Source of the DNA: Kudoa neothunni
Lineage: Eukaryota; Animalia; Cnidaria
DNA: 64,000 nucleotides
Assembly (NCBI GenBank): GCA_964304625.1
Contig: OZ199840.1
Location: 7,881,744-7,945,743, forward strand
Direction of reading: 5' to 3'
The notes under the pieces were generated by a model. It searched no databases. It was not told the origin of the DNA and saw only the letters and a program-made list of their open reading frames with translations. Shown piece after piece: positions 27,492 through 41,777 of this stretch (positions within the stretch are counted from its first letter, which is position 1; every line of letters begins with the position of its first letter). The position numbers and the translations under genes are program-made.

Positions 27492-28334
27492 TTAAACAAC
27501 TCATAAGTCTTTATTTAACTAGAGGAAACAGATGGATTATTATTTTTACTCTAACTTGATACATTTACGTATAATCCGCTATTTGAATAAATCTGAAATT
27601 ACGTATAAAAATATTTTGATGTTTACAGAAGAGAAAGTATATTTAAATTAATGAGTAAAGTTTGATATACTTAGTAGAATCTAGTTCACCGTGTCTCATA
27701 TGCTTATTATGCCGATAACAATAATATACAACATTAGTATAGTCAGTCATATATTAAAAATGGGGAAATATATCACTATAACGAATTGATTTGTCAAACT
27801 CTAGGCATTTTATGGGTTAAGTAGAATCCAAAATTCAATTTATATGGTCATTATATCAAAACTAGACAAAACTCACAGATTGCTTCTAAATACCTTATAA
27901 TAGAGCGACAAAAATAGGAAAATAAACACCTTTTATCTGAAATATGGGATTTCTTAGTATATAATACACATTTAATCCTTCTTTCACACATCTTGTAATA
28001 AATGAAGAATGTATCAATCGTCAAGGAGACTGGTTTCTTTGATTATACCCGGGTTAGATCAGCGGTGAAACCAATTATGAATCCAACTCAAGTTCCCAAA
28101 ACTCCTTTATAAACAAAAATATAAGGTCAATGAATTCGTGAAAAATTATAGAGCTCGCGATAATTATTTAATTTTTATAAATTAATTCAACCTTTAATCT
28201 TTTGAGGTTTAAAAAATTACAATGTATCTGAATAATTTAGGATAAATGGTTGAAAAATTTCCAAGTGAATTAGTTCAGTGGATTCTCTGATAGGAAATAA
28301 CTTTTTTATATAGACTGTTACCTCTAAATAATGA

Positions 28335-29350
28335 ATGGGTTATTTAACATCACAATTCCGGCACAATAAGCCAAAATATTCACGCAAGTTGATTGCCATA
28401 TTCAGTTTTCAAATGTTGGTATAACAGTTATATTAGTTCAATGTTCGAATTAAATTACTATTGGTGGTTGAATATTATTTTTCGGTTGTAATAACCAAAA
28501 CTATAACTTCCAACTTATAATTCCGTGTTTAACTAAAATTAGCACCTATCAACTAAATTTTAATTAGATTGGAGTGGCTTTTATCAAAGCAAATCCACTC
28601 AAATACATTGCTCAAATGTCTTCTGAAAATAATCCGGCCTCAACGTTCATTGCTCAAAATTTATGGGGATATTCAACGTTGACCAAAGAACCTGGCTCTA
28701 GTTCTGGCTCTTCACATGTATCGAATAATGATCAGGATAGAATTGGTGACACTTTCCCGATGAACCTACAAGAAGGTAATTAATTGCACAGAAACTTTAT
28801 ATACATATTGGGCGTAATGAATTATTCAGATGATAAAATAATACTAATGATACAAGCCTTGAAGGTAGAATCAATCTTTTACTTTTATGCGTGCTACAAA
28901 ATACGGCCATTTTTAGATATTTGAGAATGGATCATGTAAATCGTATTACTTAGCACTCTTCAAAAAAGAAATGATCGAATTTAATCTAACGAAAAGACGG
29001 TAACTTTGATGTGTTGATTGAAAAACTGATAGAGAGTATCTTAGAACAAACGAAATCTCCATAAAAGCATCATTCGATAAAATCAACATTAGGATACTGT
29101 TCGGAAAAACCCTCGAATGTCTTACCGAAAGCAGTCAAAAGTTCCATGAATGCACAGGAGGAGCAATGATACAAGTATACTCTCTCTGTTGATTTATCAT
29201 AGTCTTAGGTTAGTAAATTGAAGATAACTGATGAACACTCAGAAAATCACACCTATATTATCACTTGTAACAAATCAGCGAAGGAATTTGTAGAGTTGTT
29301 TCAAATGCTTAAAAACTACCACGTAAATTATGTGAAAAGTGACTGTAAAT
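28335..29350 (+). CDS. Orphan multi-exon gene, possibly with a C-terminal PH-like domain; 5' end uncertain
   Basis: At least five exons join in frame through short GT-AG introns: IGVAFIKANPLKY...MNLQE|DDKIILMIQALK|IFENGSCKSYYLALFKKEMIEFNLTKR|REYLR...GGAMIQ|VSKLKI...SAKEFVELFQMLKNYHVNYVKSDCK*. The PH assignment rests on pattern resemblance only. Confidence 0.55.
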
Positions 29351-32232
29351 AATTAAGAAAATACTGTTCGATAATATATATTCACTTTAAAATGGTATTT
29401 TTCTGTTAAATATTGTAAAAATATAAATTTTACCTTTTATCGCAGCCGTTTTTTATTAAGGTCGCCAGATCTGAACTGAAATGTGCGGACTGATATTTTT
29501 TGTCATAGAATAATTAATAATTAGGGCAGATAAGACATTAAGTCGATTTCCGTATACAACCTGGAATTTTATAATCTATATAAACTCTCTTATCAAATAA
29601 TATTGTTTATTGGAAAATTAACTATAAAAAATAAAGAAATATTCCTTCAGTCGTTCTCACCGTCCAAACTAATTATTTTTGCAGTAAAGTTTTACTCTAA
29701 AAGGTTTCTTCAAAAAAAAACTCATTTGCAAGTAGATAGTTAATAAATAATATCGACATTTAAAACGGTATAACAATAACAAAATTATTAATAATTTTAT
29801 CTACACGATTTCTTATAGCAATAATTATTTTTTCTTTATTTTTCATTAAAAATATTCCTTAATTAAGTTAATATTGACTTTGGTCTTTTCATATGTATTA
29901 TAAAAGGAATTTGCGAGCAATTCTCATATCCACTCTGAGCTGAGAGGTTTAACTCTTTTTTTAATGTGAGGACTTAACAGATCAATTTTCGATCGCCATA
30001 AAAAATAAACACCAACGGAAATACAAAAATACAAATCAATTGGCTTAACTCGTTTAGTTGGGGAATAAAAAGGGATGTTTTAAAGCATCCCTAATCAGAA
30101 TTCTCTTTTTAGGATTCATTTGCATCAGTTTCTTTACGGAATATTAATTTCCAGGTTATTAACAAACAAATATATACAGTTAAGAGATCGAGAGTATCTT
30201 CAGTAATACTTGGAACGAGTTCATTCAAAGGTACGTGCCTGTCAACGTAAACCATCTAAACAAAGTTCTATTAGATTCAGGCTGTCTGAAATACTTCATA
30301 TTTCGGAAGTTTAGTAACACCAGGCCATGAAGATTCGTCTGGCACGCCGAATGTTCTAAATACATGTGTATCATAAATAAACAAACTATAAATTTTGTTT
30401 AATTCAGAAAATGTATGAAAATTCAAGCATATTTTGTAAATTTCATATTTAATCTATTTGTGTACCAAAATTATTTAAATAAGCGTTTCTCAATTTGTTT
30501 ATTGATACCCTCAATTCGTGGAGTATATTAAACGTTATATTAAATTGCTTCGGTAATAGCGTTGGATTCTTAGTTTAAAGACAAAATAAAAAGAATTTTT
30601 AATCAAAGAAGAATAAAGATCGTAAAACGAACAAATTAAAAAATTGTAAACTTTAAATATATTTTCTCGTGTAAATAAATATTAACTAACGAATGTGGAT
30701 GTTTTCGTAGTATTCGTATATTTTGAAATGGCTTACGCATATAATTTTATTAAAATTAAAGTCAAACCAAAATTAAATGAGGGGAATTTATAAACTAAAC
30801 GAACTAATTAATAAATGTGGGAAAAACAGAATCACAGTCATATTTCGCGGAATCTTCCTCGGATTAACTGATTTCCATAATTAGCGAATTTTTTCAAATA
30901 GTTCATTTTATTATCTAAATATGAAATAAATCTAATAATTTTAGTCACCTTACTTTAGTAATCGGATTAATAAAATATAAAAAATTTAGCATATTCAATT
31001 ACAAAGATACGAATAATTAGCAGGAATACAATTAAATCTTATTAACGGAGAGCTCCCAACAAAAATATTTTTTCTTTAACGCACAAATATGTCATTTGAA
31101 AAATCTTAGTCTAAAATAAAGGAATTTTATTCCAAATTATTTATAATTATACGATTTGAGACTTTTCGACATATAAATAGTGCAAGTTTAATCATTATAA
31201 ATTTATCATTTCATATTAATTTAAAAGCTTATTTATTTACCATATTTCAAATTATACTATAAACAAATATTGTTGGACTTCAAATTTGTAATGGATTAAA
31301 ATAAACGTACAGTAAGTTTCAAGTTTTCTATAAATATTACATTCTTTATTAATATTAAACGAGTCGCATTTTTCTTTGATTTTAGAATATTATGTATATT
31401 TTGATGTACGAAAATTAAAATCAAATAGAAATTAGCACAACTGATAGTCACGTGATTATAATTTTCATGTAGTTCCTTAGTTAGAAATTATTTATTGTTT
31501 AGTATCTTAAATTCTAAATGACTAATTGCACTGAATATAAAAAAATATTGCTGATAGATATTGAATAACAATTTAATACAATGTTATTTTTGTGCAGGCG
31601 AAAACTACAATTATGCTGCAATTTAACATTCCATAAATTAGCACTCATTATAAAATTTTCACAAATAATGAAAAAACATTTAAAAATTATTAATATTCGT
31701 CAGTTAATATTTTATAAGGAATTCAATTTGTGGAAATTTTGTTTTCTATCAAGGCGCTTATAATTTGGTTAAATGAAATAGGGTCAAAAAATTAAATAAC
31801 ATGTAAGCACGAAATAAATGAAACAGTATAAAAAGAATTATGCCTTCAACTTTAACCATTGGATTGTTCTTATATTTAAACAAAAACTTTAGAGAAATTA
31901 AATTTATTACGACGAGTTTATCACCACTTGTTCAATTATCACCTTTATAGAGTCACAAAAATACGCAAAAATTATTCTACTTATTATATCTACCAACCAA
32001 TCGATTATGTTTTATTTAGACACCTAAAATGCAGTAAAAAATTAAATATTTAAACATTTTACGTTATTAAGGAAAAAGTTGTTAACATCAGATGAGGGCG
32101 ATATTGGATTTTAAGTTTCAAAAAAATGTTTCAATATTTATAGTGATAAAAATATGTGTATTTCTCATTATGCTTTTTAGGGTGAATAGCTTGTTTATCT
32201 CACTATCATCCATCCTTCAAAGGATTACTTAA

Positions 32233-34504
32233 CCTTCAACGCCCCCAATTTTTTTTCGTTTGACAAAAATATATTTACTTAATTATACGTTATTTATTAA
32301 TTTTATAAAATTTTAAAATTTTTCGAAGCGTTTATCCTTATTCTTTAAGATCAAATAACGTTGTTCACTAGGGTGAACATTGGGCGCCTGAGCGAAAATA
32401 ACAATTTATTTTATCAGAAAATAATTTTTTCCAATTTATTCAGTTATTATGATATAAATAAAAACAATTTTTGTCTTTTAGAATACAGCGTGGAGCGTTA
32501 CATTTTTTACACACAAATTGTGTATTCCGTTGACAGAGTCGACATCTACTTTTCGAAGAAACTATTTCAGGGTAGTGTCCAACATTGTCAAACCTGATAG
32601 ATTTTAACAAATCGAAATTTTTATTCTTTGAGGTGTAATTTGGAATCAATTTGTTCGAGTTATCAATAGAAAGGCGTCCACGCTTCGTTGCTGTAACGGA
32701 TTTTTTTAAGATTATCAAATCTTCGGTCAATGAATCAGTGAAAGGGAGCAAATCTAATATATCTCTATTAGGGATGCGCTTATCTTTTAAATTTAAGCGA
32801 TAAATGAGTCAAGCGTTGACTATGCCTGTATTCAGTCCCCGGAAGAATATCCGCATATAACATTTACGACCTTTATGATTTTAAATTATACAGCGCTATC
32901 AACATGTCGGGTAGGTCAACTCCATCCATATTTTTGTTGTATTCGGCTACAACGATCCGGACAAGAAATTGACAGTAATTTCTTCAATATTCGATCAAAT
33001 CTCTTCACTTGGTCGATAGGCTATAGCGACGAATGCGGATCCAACGATAAAGTAACGATGGTGCCATCACACCATTGGGTAATGGCAATACCCTTGTTGA
33101 TATCGTGAATAACTTTCATAGGATCCACGTTCTTTTTTAATTCCTTTTGAGGAGCAAGAGGACAACCTTTGATCCTATCTCTCCTAATGGCCCCAACGGA
33201 ATATATGTTTCTCTTCTTCAAATATAGATACAGGTCTATATATGTAAAGAAGTTGTCATAGTACAATAAGAATGTTTCACAAGTTGGAGAGATCTTCGAC
33301 AATTTGATGACAAAATCGCCTGAAACTAAGCCACACCTATGGTTAACGACAGGAGGTTTTCCATCGTACACTATACCGCTATCGCCACATCTGGCAAACA
33401 TTTTAAATCCCCATTTGTTGGGCTTCTTTGGAAGATATTGTTTAGATTTTGCATTTTCTCTTAAAGGGGATCATCCGCGCGTCAACCGAGTGATATCTTC
33501 CTGGTTTTACCTTCGAGCAGGCAGATCGCAAATTGGCATCAACTACAATGTTTTGGTTGTTGTTAAAATGGAGATATCGTAATAGTTGTTCAAAACGATT
33601 CCTTGATAAACAGTCAGGTACTTTTAGATAGTTCAAATATTTTCTCCAAAAAGAACGATAACGAGACATTTTAACAATACCCCTTTAGGATTAACACTCC
33701 AAGAAACTTCTCCATTTCAGAGGAATCTGTTTTCAAATTGTCTCCGCATTGGGTTTCATATAAGTTTGATTTATTACATATTAATTTTAATCAGCTGTTG
33801 ACTAAAGAACAGCTTGAAATAATCATACGGACGATGTAATTCAACAGAGACTTCAAAATCTAGTTCAAGTATAACTCCGTTGGGTAATTTTTAACTAAGG
33901 TCCTTTTTTAAACCGGCTGAAAATTGAATCTATAGCATCAGAATCTTCTGACGAATCTTGGTCAACAACCAATGTTTCTGATACATAGTTATTTTCAGAA
34001 GATATATCAGGCTCTATAACATCAACATCTGGTATCTCAACTATGTCAGTGATTGATCTGACCGTTTCGCAGCTTTGAAATATTCAAATCGTGATCCATC
34101 CCCCTCTCGGCGTGATTTTTGGACACGCACCCCAATGGTCACCCTAGTGAACACATGATTTTGTGTTTATAACTTTTTATATTTTTATAATTGGAATTTT
34201 TACATATAATATATACTATCTTTAAGCTTACACATACAACATATTTTTTTTCTGGTTCTATTACTTTAAAATTGTTCTGGTTTTTAGGGTAAAAAATAAT
34301 GCAATTTTAAAAATGCCAAGTAACGAAAAGTTCCATTCTACAAAAAGTAGTATATTACATTATCTGTTAAAAATATATTAAAATAATTATATACGTAAGA
34401 ATTTTAAAGTATTTTTATACTTAATAAATATAATTTTTAAATATATATATATATTGTCAAAATAAGTCGCTGTTTCATCCTAGTGAACCTCGGGCATGAA
34501 AGAG
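32233..34504 (-). mobile_element. Near full-length piggyBac (PGBD2/PGBD3-like clade) with dead transposase
   Basis: TTAA flanks at 32229 and 34505. Termini CCTTCAACGCCC / GGGCATGAAAGAG. Subterminal inverted repeat GTTCACTAGGGTGAACA near 32364 versus copies near 34140 and 34475. ORF pieces SRNRFEQLLRYLHF, ARCGDSGIVYD, YYDNFFT, GAIRRDRIKGCPL and C-terminal CRLC..CKKC..C..CF..YH. Confidence 0.9.
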
Positions 34505-34969
34505 TTAAGAGAGTACCTGCTGTAAATTTAATCAAAGATGTTAAATCACGATGTTGTATGACATTATGATACAACCTAATTAGTCCACGGTTTTAAATGG
34601 ATTATTTTTTATACATCTAATTAAAAAATATATACTAATTATTCTATGAGTTCCGAATTTAATTATTTTACATTAAAATATAAAGAGTATTTTTAAAGCA
34701 TAAAAAACTTTCTCACATTAAATTCAAATTGATAAAAGATTTTTGCCAGAGATAATTTATTTCATTAAATTCTATTAAAAAATAAGCACAAATTTATATT
34801 GATCGCATATGCAGTTGAAATATTGGGTCCATAAAATACACGAAAAAATTGTTTAGGAATTAATTTGAGGGATTTGTTATTCTAAAATAATTATAACAAT
34901 AAAAAAACCTTCAAATTGTTGTTTTATTCCATAAAAATTTAAACTGAGAACTTTTTAATGTGTGAAAAA

Positions 34970-36390
<1,421 letters not shown>

Positions 36391-36805
36391 CTTTGCTGCG
36401 CGCGCATTGAATTGACATTGAGTTATTCATATATATTTTGTAATACATTTTTTTATAACGTGAAATTTATTTTAATTGCTAAGAATTATTTATTCTTCAA
36501 ATCTTATAAATTTAATATATGTACTAAAGCAGTGTTCTTTAAAAAAGAAGGGGCGGGAATTTTTATTGAAAAAATTTAAAAATAAATCTTTATTTATAAT
36601 TATATATCTACTTTAGGAAACAAGAATATAATACTGATAATCAGTCGGTTTTTTCCTCTATTTGAAAGATTTAAATATTTTTAGATATAAAATGAAAATC
36701 TTTAATACCTCTGTATAAAAGCATCAGGCTTTAATATTTTTATTTATGTAATATAAATCTATTGTATCTCTGTTTAACAGATTCTATTAAAAAAATTATT
36801 AGATA

Positions 36806-36870
36806 TGGATTAGTTCGGAAAATAGAAGTTGATATCAAAGATTGGTGCGTGTAAACACAATAAAATTGAT
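36806..36870 (+). mobile_element. Possible Merlin/IS1016-like transposase fragment
   Basis: GLVRKIEVD-(shift)-KIGACKHNK resembles the G..K.VEIDESKFGKRKYNRG motif. The fragment is very short. Confidence 0.3.
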
Positions 36871-37059
36871 AGTGGTAAGTTTATTAATTATATAGGGTTT
36901 CCCGATCAAAATGAAAATTGTTGCAATTAATGGGACTCATTTTAACTAACTTAAACTTAAATTTCGCGTAAAACCCAAACAATAATATAACAGCAACAAA
37001 TATGTATTTAAATTTATTTGGATTAAAACATATTATTGGATTATTATTTCTTTATTTTC

Positions 37060-37260
37060 AGCCTTATTTATGGAGGTACCTTAGAATTTTTCTGAAGAAG
37101 ACGTAATTTCTTCTCAAATTTATTAAAGGTTAACTCCTTCAGCTCCATTTCATTTTTCGCCTCCGCCGCTTATTACCAAATTTTTTCCAAACAGAAAATA
37201 TGTTTCCTATTCGATTCAGAAAAGGGGAGTATGATGGCAAGAAGGATAGCTTAAGTCCGA
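37060..37260 (-). mobile_element. Tc1/IS630-like transposase C-terminal fragment
   Basis: Minus strand reads KLSFLPSYSPFLNRIGNIFSVWKKF, matching the FLPPYSPFLNPIE..FS.WK motif. Confidence 0.6.
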
Positions 37261-37289
37261 GCATATCTATAATGTCCTTTAGTCCTTTA

Positions 37290-37768
37290 CTAGAGCTAAT
37301 TCCCAGCTTTGCCTGGTACTATATATTATGATACTATGTATTATGATACTATGTATTATGTATTACGTACTATGTATTACGTACTATGTATTATGTATTA
37401 CGTACTATGTATTATGTATTACGTACTATGTATTATGTATTACGTACTATGTATTATGTATTACGTACTATGTATTATGTATTACGTACTATGTATTATG
37501 TATTACGTACTACTGTATTATGTATTACGTACTATGTATTATGTATTACGTACTATGTATTATGTACTATGTATTACGTACTATGTATTATGTACTATGT
37601 ATTACGTACTATGTATTATGTACTATGTATTATGTATTACGTACTATGTATTTACGTACTATGTATTATGTATTACGTACTATGTATTACGTACTATGTA
37701 TTTATGTAATGGAAAATTTTAATTTTTACTTTTATTTTTATTTTTGAATGAAGAAATTCTACGTAAGA
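37290..37768 (-). mobile_element. Probable non-autonomous Helitron carrying the satellite
   Basis: Minus-strand 3' end CCAGGCAAAGCTGG (hairpin), then about 10 nt, then CTAG|T at 37293-37289. A candidate A|TC 5' end lies at 37769/37768. Confidence 0.4.
37327..37708. repeat. Heptamer tandem satellite (TATGTAT / TACGTAC / TATGTAC) with a 21-bp higher-order unit
   Basis: About 380 bp of directly visible 7-bp units, with the central part (TATGTAT TATGTAT TACGTAC)n. Confidence 0.97.
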
Positions 37769-40700
37769 TATAATCTAATTAGCACGTTAAATCTGTATAT
37801 TTTATTTTTCTATTTTAATTATTGCATTTTAAAGCTTGTCATTATTTGCGTAATGTGGTGATTTAGAAAAACAAAATTATGCGCACACTTTCCATTCAAA
37901 TATTAATAGAGGTATTGAGGGAAATTAATGAGTATTTTGAAGTTTATTTTACAAATTATTGACCAAAAATATAATGACCTTAATTTTACGAGCAATTAAA
38001 TTAACGGTTAAAGTTCATTTATTTGTTGGACAACATCATTAAATAACTTAAATAAGACTTTCAGCTCTTTTTAAAATCTTACGAAAAAATTAATCCTCCT
38101 AGTTATAAAATTTATTATTAGTCTGCAAACGATATAAAAAATAAAACCGACCTAAAGTGCGTCAGCAATAAAAGTATTGATTGTTACTCCTTTTCTTGCA
38201 ATTTTATAAATGATGTTTTAAAAATCTATGAGTGACAATTTACGTATTCACTATTTTAACGTAATTCCCCGATTTTTTAATAAATGCAGCCGTTCTTTTT
38301 AACAAAAATATATACACAAAATTATTAAAATACGATTAAATCTAAAATGTAAAGGTGTTTTTGGTTTGAGAAATTATAGTAATGCTTAAATATTTAAATA
38401 TCAACTGGTTTTTTTGAAGGAGTGCATCCTTTTAAAAATAAACGTACTCTTTGATTGCCCTAAAAAAATTCATTTGTATTGAATTATTCTTAGATTAACG
38501 AAAATTATGTGAAAATATCGGTTAGGTCGAATAGACCAATAATTTCTTATTAACTTATATGGCATGTACTGAAAATAGACTGCATTTCGTGCAAAAGTAA
38601 TCGTAAATATAAATTCTTAAACTACGTATAGAATGCAGTATCGCGTATTTTTATGCAGCCTTTATATAATAATGATTTTTTTTAACGAATAGGAAATTAT
38701 ATATAGATTTGAATATTAACCTTAAGGTCTGGCAGGAAGGAATAATTAGGTTACTAAGAACTTAAGTATTATTTAAAAAATTATCTCATCAAGTACAGAA
38801 ACTTTTGCAATTAGTGATGTCAGCTGTCAGCTGTTTTGCAAGAAAGCTTAGGAAAACCAAAATAGGGTAAAAACTTATCGGAAAGACGAATATAATTTCA
38901 ATATCAATCGATATATTTGATATAAAGAAATTTTCATTTAAGAAATTATCACAAAAATTTAATCATTTGAAAACTCTACACACATCTTACATCGTTTTTA
39001 GAGTGCGTATAGAGACCCAAATTATTCCAATATGGCAACAATTTTAATCTCAAATTATGTGTTTTATTTAAATTTATCATAATCTTTTTCACAAAACTAT
39101 ATCCATAACGCTTGACAATTGAAAATACATCCTAAATAATTTGATATTCTTCAAATTTTAAGGGAAATGCAACAACTCTTGTAAATGTGACGTTAATAGT
39201 TTTATTTGGCTTAAAAATATTACAAACGACATGCATAACATTTTTAATACATTCTATACCATAATTAACATATTCTCTTTGTGTATAATGAGTAAAAATT
39301 CATTCTAATTGATTATTACTCTGAAGTAAACAAACATCAATATTATTTAGGTATTTTTTAATCTGCTATTTGAGTTGACAACCAGAAAATTCCTCACTTC
39401 TGACTGCGATATTGATTATATTTATACTCCTAAGTAAATTAACGATTTTTTGTAATAGTATCATCCTACCAAATGTAAACTAAAAGTTGTATCTCAAAAA
39501 AAGTTTCTCCGGTGCACATGCGTACTGCTGTAAACACACACTGACAGGCATAAGAACTTATATATATATATATATATATATATAGTAGATGGTCACCTCG
39601 GACCAACGGCTTACTGTTACCAAAGGGTGAAATTTAATTCTGATTGTTTTCTATTTTCTTTGGTCCAAATATTTATTGTGAAATAAAACAGTATTCCAAT
39701 TTCATTATAAAACATATTATAATGAACATTCGTCAACAAAGTTTTTAATTGTTAAAGAAGTCATTGTAATTTTAAAAGTTGTCTTATTGACAAAATAGTA
39801 TTTATTATATCAGTTAATTTTATTTTTTCTTGCGCGAAACAATCCGAGACTATTAAAATCTCATCTATCGGATTTAGGAGGATTATTTGGTATAATTAAT
39901 GCCGTTTTGTTATTAAAATAGTTGATAGAATCGTTGTAATTTTACCAGTTTATCTGTAATTATTTTATAAATAAATATAGCCAAAAAAGAGTTGGATGTA
40001 GTACACCCCAAAAATCGCTGTAAGGTAAGGTGTACGTTTTTCGCACCAATTTAGTGGGTTAAAGACTGCGTGAAATTTTTACCTAGTTTGGATACATACA
40101 AATAGGTTTTTAATTTAATTCCATTTTTTCGTGTAATTTAACGGAAAGAGTCGACAAAGAATTTTTTATAAAATTTAACCTGTCAAATCATTATTATTAT
40201 TAACGATTTTTACGTAATACGAATTATCTTTGGATTGCAAATAAAAATTTAACCACGAAAAAGTTAACATATTTGTTGAACGAATTGTTTGATCTTAACG
40301 TGACTCCCTTATAAAGTAAATTCATTCGAATAAAATATACTTATTTTTTAACTTTTGTAGATTTTTAAAGTTAAAATAATGACTTTGCTACCCTAGATCA
40401 CCTACTAAATCATGGTTTCTCAGTTATTTTTTCTAAATTTACTCCTGGTCTAAATAACAGACCATACTCTCTGTGCCGATAATTCTATCAATATAATCAC
40501 CAATCTCCAAATATTCGCATAGCATAGTTGCAGATAAATTTTACGATGTCAAATTAAAACGAAAAATATATTTATTTAATTAATTCATTCATTTCTAGGT
40601 TAAAAACAAGAGCTAAATCTTGGGTGTGAATCTTTGCGAACATATTCGAATCATGGCGAAGAAATGGTCAAACTTTAGCGCCTCGTTAGTTTCACTCATT

Positions 40701-41347
40701 TCTAGAGCTTCGTCGTATAATTTCAATATTAACTCGTTGTTCATTGCATTAAAATTACTGGGATACATTTCAATCATATCTGGCAGATTTATCCCCCTTA
40801 ATATCGTGGTGTTTGTAGCTGGGTTTTTGTTTTTGGGACTCTTTCCTAGTTGTCCTATGAAGACACATTTTAGTTCAACTAATTACATACATTCGTGATC
40901 AGTCTAATTACGAGGCGTTTATAAATTGTATTCAATATTATGGACCCATTCAAAACCGGTTTTGGCTGAAAAACACCACAAAATCATAGTAGAGTATACA
41001 TTTTTAATAACGTGTGAAATTCCACACAGCACCTATCAGTCAATAGTTTATAATCTAATTTATATAGATTAATTGTCGTAGCAAATCATAAATTGTTGCT
41101 ATTTCAATTTTTTTTAAAGTTATGGTAATTAGAAAATACATAAAAATATTGAATTATTTTTATATCACATATTTTTCCTTAAGTAATAATACAATGGTAT
41201 CAAGAGCTTAAAAACATAAATAATCTATTTAAATCCAAGCATCTCAGCTATATTAAATGTTATTCTCCGTAGGCTTCACAACCGAATCAAATCTTAACCT
41301 AGCAGCAATGGTGGGGTAAAAATTCCACAATCTAATAGAAATCCCAA

Positions 41348-41387
<40 letters not shown>

Positions 41388-41777
41388 ACATTTATACATA
41401 AGTTCGAATTTTAGTTTTATCTGAAAATCAAAATATAAGCTTATTAGAATGCGATGTGTTGCGAAAAATACAAGATTCACTAAATCAAACTTCTATAGAG
41501 GACAAACTAATATTGCTGCTATATTTGTTACTGCTAAAAAGCATTGAGTAGTAAGTGGATTTCGCTTACTGTAACAATCAAATGATGATTTAGTGATATA
41601 GCAAAGGTAGGTTAATGTAGATGGTAAAGGTGGGAAAAAAGTGGTGAAACGCCATCCAAACACCCACACACAGTATAGCGGCAGTGTTGAAAATAGGATA
41701 TAAACCCGGGCTCATATCTATTAATCATGGCAAAGTATTTTGGTGGTTGTGTGTGTGCTTGGAATGGGGGAGGACCC

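Noticed and set aside
37327-37708. CRISPR array or telomeric repeat
   Set aside because: There are no unique spacers, the context is eukaryotic, and the unit is not a G-rich telomere motif.
37309-37747. Three overlapping Tyr/Cys-rich ORFs (MYYVLCI repeats)
   Set aside because: They are a by-product of a stop-free 7-bp satellite, and all three frames give the same peptide.
39558-39583. (TA)n microsatellites (also near 11670, 41349, 45797 and 63291)
   Set aside because: These are ordinary simple repeats.
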